Source: a virus
Virus record (IMG/VR): IMGVR_UViG_3300017742_000001
Location: 28,487-92,486 of that record
Length of the DNA stretch: 64,000 bases
Direction: 5' to 3' (one strand)
This document shows, piece after piece, positions 28,786 to 38,778 of this stretch (within the stretch, counting starts at the first letter, position 1; every line of letters begins with the position of its first letter). Below the pieces are notes generated by a model. The model did not search any database and was not told the DNA's origin. It worked only from the letters and a program-made list of their open reading frames with translations. Position numbers and translations under genes: made by a program.

Positions 28786-31700
28786 ATGGCACTACAATCA
28801 CCAGGCGTTGAAGTAACCGTAATAGATGAGAGTTTTTACACCCCCGCTGAACCGGGTACTACTCCTCTTATCGTGGTTGCAACAGCCCAAGATAAAATTA
28901 ACGCTGCTGGCACGGGAACTGCTTCAGCGACAACAGCCGCAAATGCTGGAAAAGCATTTAAGGTTACATCACAGAAAGAATTAGTAGATCTTTTTGGAGT
29001 TCCAAACTTTGAAAAGACAGCAAGTAATACACCAATTCACGGAAGCGAATTGAACGAATATGGTTTGTTAGCAGCATATTCATTGCTAGGCGTAAGTAAC
29101 GCAGCATTTATTACACGAGCTAACGTAGACTTAGGTCAACTTGAAGGATCAGCAGATGCGCCGGGAGCGAATCCAAATGATGGTACTTGGTGGGTTGATA
29201 CTAGGGGTACAACTTGGGGTATCCAGGAATGGAATGGCGCTGCAATAACAACAACAGGCGGCCAAAAGTTTACTAACAAAACTCCAATTGTATTAACTGA
29301 TACAGATACAACTAAAATTGATTCCGGTACAGGATTACCTAAAGGTTCAGTAGGTGCTATCGGAGATTATGCAATCGTTTTTGAAACAGTAGACGGTTCA
29401 GGATCATTTACTGCAAGCAAAGAAACAGCAAGAGTGTATTACAAATCCGCTGGTAATGGTGTTTCTCCAACAGCAGGTACTTGGGTACTTGTTGGTAGCA
29501 ATGATTGGACTGCAAGTCACCCAACAATTACAGGTGGCACATTTACTGCATCAAGTGGTAAGTTTAGCATCAACAGTACAGACTTTGAAGTAACTGGTAC
29601 ACTTGACGATTTGGTAACATCAATTAACAGTCAAATTAGCAGATCACAAGGTATCTATGCTAGAAACGTAAGCGGTAAACTTTACCTTTACGCACAAGGC
29701 AAAGAACAAGATGCTAACAACGCAGACAGTACTTTAACACAAGCAATTATTATTGATGATGCAAGTACAAGTCCAGCAGTTAACTTTAGCGACCTTGGTA
29801 TTGCAAAAAATACATACTATGCACCCGCAATTCGTCAAAGCGCACACACAAGTGTTCCACAATGGAAAACACTTGATAGTGCTCCAAGACCAACAGGCAG
29901 TGTATGGATTAAAACAACTGAGCCAAACAATGGTGCAAGATGGAGAGTTTATAACTGGTCATCTGCAACAACAACTTGGAATGCAGTTAACAGTCCAATT
30001 TATGACAACGGACACACTGCGTTATATTGGTTAGACAGAAGCGGCGGCGGTGCTAACATTGCTACTGACGCAATTTTTGTACAATCAAATGCTAACGAAC
30101 ATAGTGGATTTGATGCTACTCCTTCAACTGCAACATTTAGAATGTGGCGCAGAGCAGGAACAGGCAACACTACTATTAAGTCAGCAGCAGTAACAGCGTT
30201 AACATTTACAGCAGGTACAAACACATTTGAACTTGCAGAAAGTGTAAAAGGAAGTGCAAGTTTAGCAACAGCAGTAAGTGTATCATTTACAGCAACAGGT
30301 GCTACAACAGATGCAGATTTACTTGCAGATGCAGTTAACAGTGCAGGCTTTGTAAACATTGAAGCAGCAGTAACTACTGACAACGAAGTAGAAATTTTCC
30401 ATAAACTAGGCGGTGACTTTAGAATGACTGACGGTGCAAATACACCGGTAGCATTGGCTTACACAGCATACAACATTGATACTTTAGCAGGAACAGCAAA
30501 CTTATATGCTGCACCAGCAGGAAGCAGCGATGACTTTGTAGCAAGTAACTGGCAGCCATTAGCAGCAAGTAACTTTAAAGCAGGTGCTGATAATCCAGAA
30601 AATGAACCAGCAGACGGACAACTTTGGTACAACCCAGAGTTTAGTGAAGTTGATATTATGGTACACAATGGTACTACTTGGGTAGGATACCAAAGTGTAT
30701 ACAGTACAGCATCACCAGCAGGTCCAATTGTTTCAGCAACTGAGCCAAGTGCAACTACTGGACAAAGCGATGGTACTGCACTAGTAGACGGTGATCTTTG
30801 GATTAGCACAGCAGATTTAGAGAACTTCCCAACTATTTACAGATGGAACGGAACTACACTGGCTTGGACACAGATTGATAAAACTGACCAAACTTCAGAA
30901 GAAGGTGTACTGTTTGCAGATGCACGTTTTGGTTTAGCAGGTGCTACTGGTAATACAGCAGCCGATATCAAAGACTTACTAACAAGCAACTACTTAGATC
31001 CAGATGCTCCAGATCCTGCACTTTATCCGCAGGGAATGTTGTTATGGAACTTACGTAGAAGCGGTGGAAATGTTAAGAAGTACAACAACAACTACATTGA
31101 CACAACTGCTGATAATGAAAGATTTAACAACAGTGAATCAATGACAGGGTACGCAACAGACAGATGGACTACTGAATCAGGCAACCAAGAAGACGGTAGC
31201 GGATCATTTGGTAGAAAAGCACAGCGTATGGTTGTTACACAAGCATTGAAATCTGCAATTGACACAAGTGATGAGATTAGAGACGAAGAAAGACGTAACT
31301 TTAACTTAATTGCTTGTCCAGGTTACACAGAAACAATGAGCAATCTTGTTAACTTAAACATTGACAGAGGCTTAACAGCATTTGTAGTTGGTGACACACC
31401 ATTTAGATTACCAGCAGATGCTACATCACTTACAAACTATGGTTCTAATGCAGAACTAGTTGTAGATAACAACGATAACGGTATTGTTACATACGATGAG
31501 TATATGGCAGTATTTTATCCAAATGGATTTACAACAGACTTAGGTGGAGCAAACGCAGTTGTTCCTAGCTCACATATGATGCTAAGAACTATTGCACTAA
31601 GCGATCAAGTATCGTTTCCGTGGTTTGCACCAGCAGGTACAAGACGCGGTGGAATCAGCAACGCTACAGCAGTAGGATATATTGATGCAGCAACTGGTGA

Positions 31701-32145
31701 ATTCCAAACAGTTGCACTTAACGAAGGACAGCGTGATACGTTATATGATCAAAAGATTAACCCAATTACATTCTTTAATGGTGTTGGTTTAGTTAACTAC
31801 GGTCAGAAGACAAGAGGCAGAAATGCTTCTGCGCTAGACAGAATTAACGTTGCAAGATTGGTAGTATACTTACGTAGCCAACTTAATAAACTGGCCCGTC
31901 CGTATATATTTGAACCAAATGATAAAATCACTAGAGACGAAGTCAAACAAGCAGTAGAAAGTTTACTACTTGAGTTAGTTGGCTTAAGAGCTCTTTATGA
32001 TTTCGCTGTTGTTTGTGATGAGACTAACAATACGCCAAGCAGAATTGATAGAAATGAACTATATGTTGATATTGCTATTGAACCTGTTAAGGCAATTGAG
32101 TTTATTTACATTCCATTGCGTGTCAAGAACACAGGAGAAATATAA
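28786..32145 (+). CDS. Tail sheath protein (T4 gp18-like) with large internal insertion
   Basis: MAL.SPGVEV.VIDES N-terminus; PWFAPAG.RRG, RD.LY...INPI, GQKT, LDRINV.RL, FEPND, IAIEPVKAIEFIYI. Confidence 0.95.
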   Translation: MALQSPGVEVTVIDESFYTPAEPGTTPLIVVATAQDKINAAGTGTASATTAANAGKAFKVTSQKELVDLFGVPNFEKTASNTPIHGSELNEYGLLAAYSLLGVSNAAFITRANVDLGQLEGSADAPGANPNDGTWWVDTRGTTWGIQEWNGAAITTTGGQKFTNKTPIVLTDTDTTKIDSGTGLPKGSVGAIGDYAIVFETVDGSGSFTASKETARVYYKSAGNGVSPTAGTWVLVGSNDWTASHPTITGGTFTASSGKFSINSTDFEVTGTLDDLVTSINSQISRSQGIYARNVSGKLYLYAQGKEQDANNADSTLTQAIIIDDASTSPAVNFSDLGIAKNTYYAPAIRQSAHTSVPQWKTLDSAPRPTGSVWIKTTEPNNGARWRVYNWSSATTTWNAVNSPIYDNGHTALYWLDRSGGGANIATDAIFVQSNANEHSGFDATPSTATFRMWRRAGTGNTTIKSAAVTALTFTAGTNTFELAESVKGSASLATAVSVSFTATGATTDADLLADAVNSAGFVNIEAAVTTDNEVEIFHKLGGDFRMTDGANTPVALAYTAYNIDTLAGTANLYAAPAGSSDDFVASNWQPLAASNFKAGADNPENEPADGQLWYNPEFSEVDIMVHNGTTWVGYQSVYSTASPAGPIVSATEPSATTGQSDGTALVDGDLWISTADLENFPTIYRWNGTTLAWTQIDKTDQTSEEGVLFADARFGLAGATGNTAADIKDLLTSNYLDPDAPDPALYPQGMLLWNLRRSGGNVKKYNNNYIDTTADNERFNNSESMTGYATDRWTTESGNQEDGSGSFGRKAQRMVVTQALKSAIDTSDEIRDEERRNFNLIACPGYTETMSNLVNLNIDRGLTAFVVGDTPFRLPADATSLTNYGSNAELVVDNNDNGIVTYDEYMAVFYPNGFTTDLGGANAVVPSSHMMLRTIALSDQVSFPWFAPAGTRRGGISNATAVGYIDAATGEFQTVALNEGQRDTLYDQKINPITFFNGVGLVNYGQKTRGRNASALDRINVARLVVYLRSQLNKLARPYIFEPNDKITRDEVKQAVESLLLELVGLRALYDFAVVCDETNNTPSRIDRNELYVDIAIEPVKAIEFIYIPLRVKNTGEI

Positions 32146-32789
32146 TGCCTATTACATCACTTAATAACTTTGGGGTACCTACAGACGCAGGCAACCAAGT
32201 GCTCTTGATGCCAAAATTAAAGTATCGCTTCCGCGTTACTTTACTTGGATTCGGAGTAAATGCTGCCACTGAACTTACTAAGCAAGTAGTTGATGTTTCA
32301 AGACCAAAAGTTGGTTTTGAAGAAATGCCGTTAGACGTATACAACTCAAAAGTATACCTAGCAGGTAAGTATACATTTGAAACATTAGCACTTAACTTAC
32401 GTGACGATGCGACAGGTGAAGTACAAAAACTTGTCGGTCAACAGGTTCAGAAACAGTTCGACTTTGTTGAACAGGCTTCTGCAAGATCTGGTATTGATTA
32501 CAAATTTACAACAAAAATTGAAGTATTAGACGGTGGTAACGAAAATAACGCAGCAGGCGTTAACGTACTAGAAACACAAAATATGTACGGTTGTTTCCTA
32601 ACTAACGTTGATTACGGCGATGCAAACTATGCTACTAATGAAGCGATGCAAGTTGCACTAACTATACGCTTTGATAATATGGTACAATGGGGTGCAGGCG
32701 AACAAGGTGTTGGTGTTGGTATTGGTGCTACTGTCGAAAGAACACTCGGCAACACTACTACTGGTGCTACTACAGCCGCTGGCGCTTAA
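32145..32789 (+). CDS. Tail tube protein (T4 gp19-like)
   Basis: Directly after the sheath; PKLKYRFRV, 'YLAGK..FE', 'GCF...V.YGD..Y......V.LTIRFDN'. Confidence 0.85.
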   Translation: MPITSLNNFGVPTDAGNQVLLMPKLKYRFRVTLLGFGVNAATELTKQVVDVSRPKVGFEEMPLDVYNSKVYLAGKYTFETLALNLRDDATGEVQKLVGQQVQKQFDFVEQASARSGIDYKFTTKIEVLDGGNENNAAGVNVLETQNMYGCFLTNVDYGDANYATNEAMQVALTIRFDNMVQWGAGEQGVGVGIGATVERTLGNTTTGATTAAGA

Positions 32790-32811
32790 TACTAGTTTTA
32801 ATAAAACCATT

Positions 32812-32842
32812 AAAAGCCCGGATTTATTTCCGGGCTTTTTTT
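32812..32842 (+). terminator. Rho-independent terminator after sheath/tube
   Basis: AAAAGCCCGGA-TTTATT-TCCGGGCTTTTTTT. Confidence 0.9.
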
Positions 32843-32858
32843 ATGGCTAAATAATAGT

Positions 32859-33974
32859 ATGGCCAACAAATTTACTAGATTTCTTACAGACGTATTCACA
32901 GGATTATCAAATCCTAAAGGTAGAGTAGCGAACTATACACACGCTACTAGATTGTTTATTGATGACAATATGCGTCTGTCACCTAAACACAAATATAATT
33001 ATTATGTTAGAGTTGAGCTAGATTCATCTGCACACAAAGCACCTAACTTTACTGCTAAACACGCAGAAGAAGTTGGACTGCTTGTTAAGAATATTAACTT
33101 ACCAAGTTTTAAATTTGATACCGAAGTTCTTAATCAGTATAATAGAAAGAAAATTATCTATAAGATGATTAATTATGATCCTGTACAGTTTACATTTCAC
33201 GATGATAATCAAGGTGTAGTAAACGCACTTTGGGCATTGTACTATGGTTACTATGTTGCAGATAGAAACTTGCCAAATGCTGCATATGACTTTAACCATT
33301 ATCGTGTTACTGATACTAATATGGACCAATATAGATATGGTCTAGATAATAATATTACAACACCATTGTTTAAGAGTGTACAAATTTACACAATGGGACG
33401 CAGAAGATTTATCGGTTACGAATTAATTAATCCAAGGATTACTTCTTGGCAACACGGTGATTACGATTATATGGCAGGCAGTGAACCTGCAGAAAGTACA
33501 ATGCAATTACAGTACGAAGGTGTACGTTATTCAGCAGGAACTGTAAGTGAAGGTTCACCGAAAGGCTTTGCTACATTACATTATGATACTACACCTGGTC
33601 CTTTACAAATGGGCGGTGGCGGAGTAAGTAACTTACTCGGCGGCGGCGGAGTACTAGACGGACTAGAATCAGTCTTTGGTGCAGTTGGTGACGGTAGTGC
33701 ATTTAGTTCACCACAAGGTTTCTTAAGTACAGCAGTAAGTGCAATTAACACTTACAAGAATGCAAAAGGATTAAGCAAAGATAGTATTCTACAAGAAGGT
33801 ATTAATATTTTAACTAGTCCAGCAGGACAACAAACTGTTGCTAACACTATTAACGGAGTTGTTGGTGCAGTGTTTCCTAAAAATAGAAACACAACCGGTG
33901 AAACTAAAGCAACACCTAAAAAGGTTATTGGTAATACCGGAGAAGGAAGACAAGATAGGTTTGATAGGGCATAG
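32859..33974 (+). CDS. Tail-tube-like baseplate/tube initiator protein (gp48/gp54-like)
   Basis: 'LLVK.INLPSF.F.TEVLNQYNRK.......Y.PV..TFHDD' tube-fold pattern. Confidence 0.55.
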   Translation: MANKFTRFLTDVFTGLSNPKGRVANYTHATRLFIDDNMRLSPKHKYNYYVRVELDSSAHKAPNFTAKHAEEVGLLVKNINLPSFKFDTEVLNQYNRKKIIYKMINYDPVQFTFHDDNQGVVNALWALYYGYYVADRNLPNAAYDFNHYRVTDTNMDQYRYGLDNNITTPLFKSVQIYTMGRRRFIGYELINPRITSWQHGDYDYMAGSEPAESTMQLQYEGVRYSAGTVSEGSPKGFATLHYDTTPGPLQMGGGGVSNLLGGGGVLDGLESVFGAVGDGSAFSSPQGFLSTAVSAINTYKNAKGLSKDSILQEGINILTSPAGQQTVANTINGVVGAVFPKNRNTTGETKATPKKVIGNTGEGRQDRFDRA

Positions 33975-33976
33975 AT

Positions 33977-34354
33977 ATGGCAGGCGAAGTACAAACAAAT
34001 TTACCAGCAAAAGTAATACAAGATAGTGGTGCAAGAACTAAACTATTTTTTGACACATATGGAAAAGAACCTTTATCGTATAAAGTTCCAGACATTGATG
34101 CTGCAATAAACTTTTTTAGAAAAAAAGGTTTCAGCGATCCTGCTGCAAACTTATCAGCAGCCGTGTTACTTAAACAGGCAAAACTTGAAAACATTTCAAT
34201 TAATGAAATCTTAGATACAGTAAATGCATTAAATGAATTACAAGTATCAGCATTAGTAGGCGAGATTATGAATAATCATAGACCGTCAACATCGACACTA
34301 GGATACAAACAACCTGCACCTGATGTAAGTAAAGAACGTAATGTGGTTGTGTAA
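33977..34354 (+). CDS. Hypothetical virion morphogenesis protein
   Basis: Coupled within the late operon. Confidence 0.5.
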   Translation: MAGEVQTNLPAKVIQDSGARTKLFFDTYGKEPLSYKVPDIDAAINFFRKKGFSDPAANLSAAVLLKQAKLENISINEILDTVNALNELQVSALVGEIMNNHRPSTSTLGYKQPAPDVSKERNVVV

Positions 34355-34795
34355 ATGGCAAAGTTTGCACAGGGTCGTTACACTGTAAAAAATCCAGAGA
34401 AGTACGTAGGTACAAAAAGTCCATTAGCACGAAGTAGTTGGGAAACTGTCTTTATGCGTATGTTAGATGAACATCCAAGTGTAGCAAAATGGGCAAGTGA
34501 AAGTATTAAGATACCGTATCAAGATCCACTTACAGGAAAGTATTCCGTTTATGTTCCTGATTTTTTTATTGTTTATAACGATAAGAATGGTAAGCAACAC
34601 GCAGAGGTAATAGAAGTAAAACCTCAGAATCAAACGTTACGTGAGAAGGTAGGCAAAAGTAGATTCAATCAAGAGCAATATATTAAAAATATGGCTAAAT
34701 GGGAGGCTGCTGCTGCTTGGTGTAAACAAAAACGTGTTAGATTCCGCATCGTTAGTGAAGAAGAAATATTTCACCAAGGTGGCAAGCGTAAATAA
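34355..34795 (+). CDS. Head completion nuclease (T4 gp4 / TnsA-like)
   Basis: RSSWE..FM, WASE...IPY, Y.PDF, IEVKP..QT, N.AKW.AA. Confidence 0.85.
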   Translation: MAKFAQGRYTVKNPEKYVGTKSPLARSSWETVFMRMLDEHPSVAKWASESIKIPYQDPLTGKYSVYVPDFFIVYNDKNGKQHAEVIEVKPQNQTLREKVGKSRFNQEQYIKNMAKWEAAAAWCKQKRVRFRIVSEEEIFHQGGKRK

Positions 34796-34821
34796 ATACT
34801 ATTATAAAATGGTAGAATAAA

Positions 34822-35334
34822 ATGACCAAGAAGTTAGAAGAATTATTTAATATGGAAGATCAAAAAGTTGCAGAAGAACAAATTGCAACTGAAGAACCAC
34901 TTGTGGAAAGCAAAGCAATTGATCCAGAAGTAGCACAAGAAGAAATTAAAAGTGTGGATGCTTCTTATAAAGCAATATCACAAGTAACACAAGATTTACC
35001 ACAGATGCGTGAACTAGACTCAATGGGTGAAGGTGAGTTAGATCATTTAGCAACTAAAGCAGAACAAGCATATGACGATCTAATGGATTTGGGTATGAAT
35101 GTAGAAGTACGTTACAGCGGACGTATATTTGAAGTAGCAGGTAGTATGTTAAAGAATGCTATTGATGCAAAAACCGCTAAAGTAGATAAAAAACTTAAAG
35201 CAGTTGATTTACAACTGAAAAAACTTAAAATTGATCGCGATTCACCGGAAGATCCTAATGAATTAGTGGATGGAACCGGATATGTTATGCTAGATCGCAA
35301 TGAATTAATTAGGAAATTAGGCGGAAAGGAATAA
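34822..35334 (+). CDS. Probable terminase small subunit
   Basis: Helical protein with 'L.DLGMNVE.R..GRIFEVA..ML..AI.AK' in the packaging region. Confidence 0.5.
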   Translation: MTKKLEELFNMEDQKVAEEQIATEEPLVESKAIDPEVAQEEIKSVDASYKAISQVTQDLPQMRELDSMGEGELDHLATKAEQAYDDLMDLGMNVEVRYSGRIFEVAGSMLKNAIDAKTAKVDKKLKAVDLQLKKLKIDRDSPEDPNELVDGTGYVMLDRNELIRKLGGKE

Positions 35335-35342
35335 ATAGTAAT

Positions 35343-35924
35343 ATGAAGACGTTTAAAGAATATCTCACAGAGAGCAAAAAAGTATACAGTATTAAGGTAA
35401 AGGTTGCTGGAGAGCTACCTGAAGGCTTTGCTGATGAATTAAAGTCGAGACTTGACAACAGAAGTGTTGTTGAATTTACGCAGTTGAAAACTACACCAGT
35501 TACTGAAACACCGCTAGACTTTCCAGAGTTAGCGAACTGTGAAGTACATACGTTTTCACTAGTTACAGAATATCCGGTTACACCAACTGATGTTGAAAAA
35601 GAAATTTTTGAAATGCAGTGTTGTGAGCCAGGTCATTATGTGGCACGTAATGCACTAAGTCCGTCAGAAGAATATCAAGCAACTGATGGAAAACGTGAAG
35701 GTGCATTATTACACGATAATGAATATAAAGAGGCTGTTGCTGTAGCACATAAAGATTATTTTGGTGATGATTTTAATAAGTCGTTTTTACAAGACTTATC
35801 AAAAGTAGCAGCCGATCGTGCTAAAGAATTAGGACACGACAAATTAAAGGCGGACGTTTACACAGACGTACCGGAACTAAAACAAGATGACGCAGGTTTA
35901 AAAAGTCCTGTAGGGAGTAACTAA
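35343..35924 (+). CDS. Putative prohead/internal head protein with capsid-targeting-like N-terminus
   Basis: MKTFKEYLTE resembles the T4 internal-protein CTS (MKTYQEFIAE). Confidence 0.55.
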   Translation: MKTFKEYLTESKKVYSIKVKVAGELPEGFADELKSRLDNRSVVEFTQLKTTPVTETPLDFPELANCEVHTFSLVTEYPVTPTDVEKEIFEMQCCEPGHYVARNALSPSEEYQATDGKREGALLHDNEYKEAVAVAHKDYFGDDFNKSFLQDLSKVAADRAKELGHDKLKADVYTDVPELKQDDAGLKSPVGSN

Positions 35925-35925
35925 A

Positions 35926-36675
35926 ATGGATTTCCAAGATCTAGTCAGAAAGATGACTGCTATTGACACAGCGCAAAACGCACCTATAGAAACAAAGACA
36001 GATGAATGTGGTATGAACGAGATGCCACCTATGATGGCACCAAACGCACCAGATATGCCGCAAAAAGAAGAAGCAACAATGAACGTTAACATTACTGCTA
36101 AAGGCGATGCTATTCAAGATGTGTTAAAGTTAATGACAAAAGTTAATCCAGATATGATTAATCAACCAGCAAAACCTGAAATGCCTACGTTGTCAATTAT
36201 GTCACCAGGAATGGACGGACCAATGGACGGACCAGAAGGTCCAGAGATGCCGCCAATGCCAAAACCAATTAATAAAATTATTCCAGACTTCGATGGCGAC
36301 AATGACGATATGCCAGGCGGAGAAAAGGATCTTCCAAAAGACCACGATAAAGATCACGTTATGATTAAGTCACTTGATAAAGATGGCGATGATGATCACG
36401 ATATGGACGATCACGATATGGAAAAAGACGATAAAGACGATAAAGATGATGACAAGGAAAAAGAAGAGGCTTGGGCAAATGAGCCTGACGAAGATCAAAG
36501 ATCCGTTCATTATCAAATGAATAAACTGCAAGGTGGAATGAACCGCAGAAAAGGAACACATCCTAAAGTTGCAGGCGCAGATAATCCAATGCAAAAAGTA
36601 AAAGAAGGCGAAGACTTACGTGCTTCTATTAAAGCAGAATTGCAAAAAGCATTAGCAGAAACTAAAGGAGCATAG
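35926..36675 (+). CDS. Acidic, Pro/Met-rich low-complexity protein (putative scaffold/core)
   Basis: D/K/H-rich tract (DDHDMDDHDM) and Pro-Met runs. Confidence 0.5.
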   Translation: MDFQDLVRKMTAIDTAQNAPIETKTDECGMNEMPPMMAPNAPDMPQKEEATMNVNITAKGDAIQDVLKLMTKVNPDMINQPAKPEMPTLSIMSPGMDGPMDGPEGPEMPPMPKPINKIIPDFDGDNDDMPGGEKDLPKDHDKDHVMIKSLDKDGDDDHDMDDHDMEKDDKDDKDDDKEKEEAWANEPDEDQRSVHYQMNKLQGGMNRRKGTHPKVAGADNPMQKVKEGEDLRASIKAELQKALAETKGA

Positions 36676-36677
36676 AG

Positions 36678-37112
36678 ATGGCAGATTTAACACAAGCAAC
36701 AATCGGTGGCGGCAGTGCAGTACTAGTGGCTGCAAACAGAAAACCATACGCTGATATGACAGCAATTCATTATAACGGTAACAAGCCACTTACATTTTTT
36801 GAAGTCGCTTGTGGTGCAGCAGTAAACGCTCAAACAGGAAGCGGACTAGCAATTGAAAGCATTATGCGTATTATTGAAAAATATGCAACAGTTGTTATTC
36901 GTGGCGCACTATATGGTACAAACCAAAAGTTTACAGTTGCAATTGAACAGCCAAATGATTCATTAGACTACGATGGTGCAGGCGCAGAAACAATTGTAGA
37001 ACAAATTGAAGATGAAATTATTGCACTAACTGATTTATCAGCAGCAAGTCCAGCACAAATTGACTTTACTGGTGTTACTTGCACAGTAAAAACTACACTA
37101 GAATTAGCATAA
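36678..37112 (+). CDS. Small putative virion protein
   Basis: AAGGAG RBS; followed by a strong terminator. Confidence 0.5.
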   Translation: MADLTQATIGGGSAVLVAANRKPYADMTAIHYNGNKPLTFFEVACGAAVNAQTGSGLAIESIMRIIEKYATVVIRGALYGTNQKFTVAIEQPNDSLDYDGAGAETIVEQIEDEIIALTDLSAASPAQIDFTGVTCTVKTTLELA

Positions 37113-37135
37113 GTTAGTACGTTTCATACTAATCC

Positions 37136-37159
37136 AAATAGGCTCTTCGGAGCCTATTT
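37136..37159 (+). terminator. Hairpin terminator with C(UUCG)G loop
   Basis: AAATAGGCTC-TTCG-GAGCCTATTT. Confidence 0.85.
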
Positions 37160-37164
37160 CCTTC

Positions 37165-37172
37165 TATAAATA
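37165..37172 (+). promoter_or_regulatory. Perfect T4 late promoter TATAAATA, 5 nt before the terminase ATG
   Basis: TATAAATA-CTAGT-ATG. Confidence 0.8.
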
Positions 37173-37177
37173 CTAGT

Positions 37178-38767
37178 ATGGCAAAGAGTTTAGATGGCGT
37201 TCAGATTAAGAAGGCCCATAAAAAAGAAAAATATACACTTGAAGAAATCAAGCACTTAGAAAAGTGTATGGATCCTATTAACGGACCATTATATTTCTGT
37301 GAAAACTTTTTAACAATTCAACACCCTACCAAAGGTTCAATGAAATTTGTTCCTTACGGATTTCAACGAGAACTTATACAAGCATACGCAGAAAATAGAT
37401 ACTGTGTTGCTATGTTACCAAGACAGATGGGCAAAACAACTTGTGCTGCTGGTTATTTGTTATGGTATACAATGTTTACTCCTGAAGCACAGGTATTAAT
37501 TGCTGCACACAAATATACAGGTGCACAAGATATTATGAATAGATATAGATTTGGGTATGAAACTTTGCCAGACTTTATTCGTGCAGGAATCTATACATAC
37601 AACAGAAACACAATTGAATTTGATAACGGTAGTAGAATACAAGCAACTACTACAACAGAAGATACTGGACGTGGTAAATCACTTTCATTAATATACTGTG
37701 ATGAGTTTGCATTTGTGCAACCACCAGAAAAAGCCAAAGAGTTTTGGACTGCACTATCTCCTACACTGTCAACAGGTGGTAAAGCAATTGTTACAAGTAC
37801 ACCAAACTCAGATGAAGATCAGTTTGCTATGATTTGGGCAGAAGCAAATAAAAAGTTTGATGAACACGGCAATGATAAAAAAGTAGGAACAAACGGATTT
37901 TTTCCTTACTTTGCTCCTTGGGTGGAACATCCAGATAGAGACGAAGACTGGGCAAACCAGGAACGTGCAAAGATCGGCGAAGAAAGATTCCGTCGTGAGT
38001 TTGATTGCGAATTCCTAATCTTTGATGAAACATTAATTAACAGTGTTAAACTAGCAACACTTGAAGGCAAAGAACCAATTGCTAATACAGGTCAAACACG
38101 TTGGTACAGTAAAATTAATCCTAAGGCTACACATTTAATTGCACTTGATCCTAGTTTAGGTACAGGTGGCGATTATGCTGCTATCCAGATATTTGAAATG
38201 CCTGCAATGAAGCAAGTTGGAGAATGGCGACACAACCTAACACCAGTACAGCAACAAATACGTGTATTACAAGATATTCTAAAATATATTGCTAACGAGC
38301 AAACAGCAGCAGGCAATAATAACCCTAATATCTACTATAGTGTAGAAAACAATACTATTGGTGAAGCAGCACTAGTTGTTATACAAGATATTGGTGAAGA
38401 GAACTTTAACGGATTATTTTTAAGCGAACCTATTAGAAAAGGACACGTAAGACGTTATAGAAAAGGGTTTAATACTACACACAAAACTAAAATTACAGCG
38501 TGTAGTTTGTTTAAAAATGCACTAGAAAAAGATAAGATGCAAATATCAAGTAAACCATTGATATCTGAACTTAAGACATTTGTAGCAACAGGCGTAAGTT
38601 ACAATGCTAAAACAGGTGAACACGATGATCTAGTATCAGGAGTACTATTGATTTTGCGTATGGCAGATCAACTAGCAAACTGGGATCCTAAAATATATGA
38701 AAAAATGACGGAGAGAATGACCGACGACGAGTATCCATTGCCGATATTCGTATCCGGCGGCTTTTGA
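37178..38767 (+). CDS. Terminase large subunit (T4 gp17-like)
   Basis: PRQMGKTT Walker A, YCDEFAF Walker B, TSTPN, DPSLGTGGDY, HDDLV nuclease motifs. Confidence 0.95.
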   Translation: MAKSLDGVQIKKAHKKEKYTLEEIKHLEKCMDPINGPLYFCENFLTIQHPTKGSMKFVPYGFQRELIQAYAENRYCVAMLPRQMGKTTCAAGYLLWYTMFTPEAQVLIAAHKYTGAQDIMNRYRFGYETLPDFIRAGIYTYNRNTIEFDNGSRIQATTTTEDTGRGKSLSLIYCDEFAFVQPPEKAKEFWTALSPTLSTGGKAIVTSTPNSDEDQFAMIWAEANKKFDEHGNDKKVGTNGFFPYFAPWVEHPDRDEDWANQERAKIGEERFRREFDCEFLIFDETLINSVKLATLEGKEPIANTGQTRWYSKINPKATHLIALDPSLGTGGDYAAIQIFEMPAMKQVGEWRHNLTPVQQQIRVLQDILKYIANEQTAAGNNNPNIYYSVENNTIGEAALVVIQDIGEENFNGLFLSEPIRKGHVRRYRKGFNTTHKTKITACSLFKNALEKDKMQISSKPLISELKTFVATGVSYNAKTGEHDDLVSGVLLILRMADQLANWDPKIYEKMTERMTDDEYPLPIFVSGGF

Positions 38768-38778
38768 TAAATACTTAT

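Noticed and set aside
17615-38778. Longer N-termini in the ORF track (17647, 26519, 28720, 38764)
   Set aside because: These extensions run through the TAAATA promoter motif. The downstream ATG at the 5-nt spacing is the better start.
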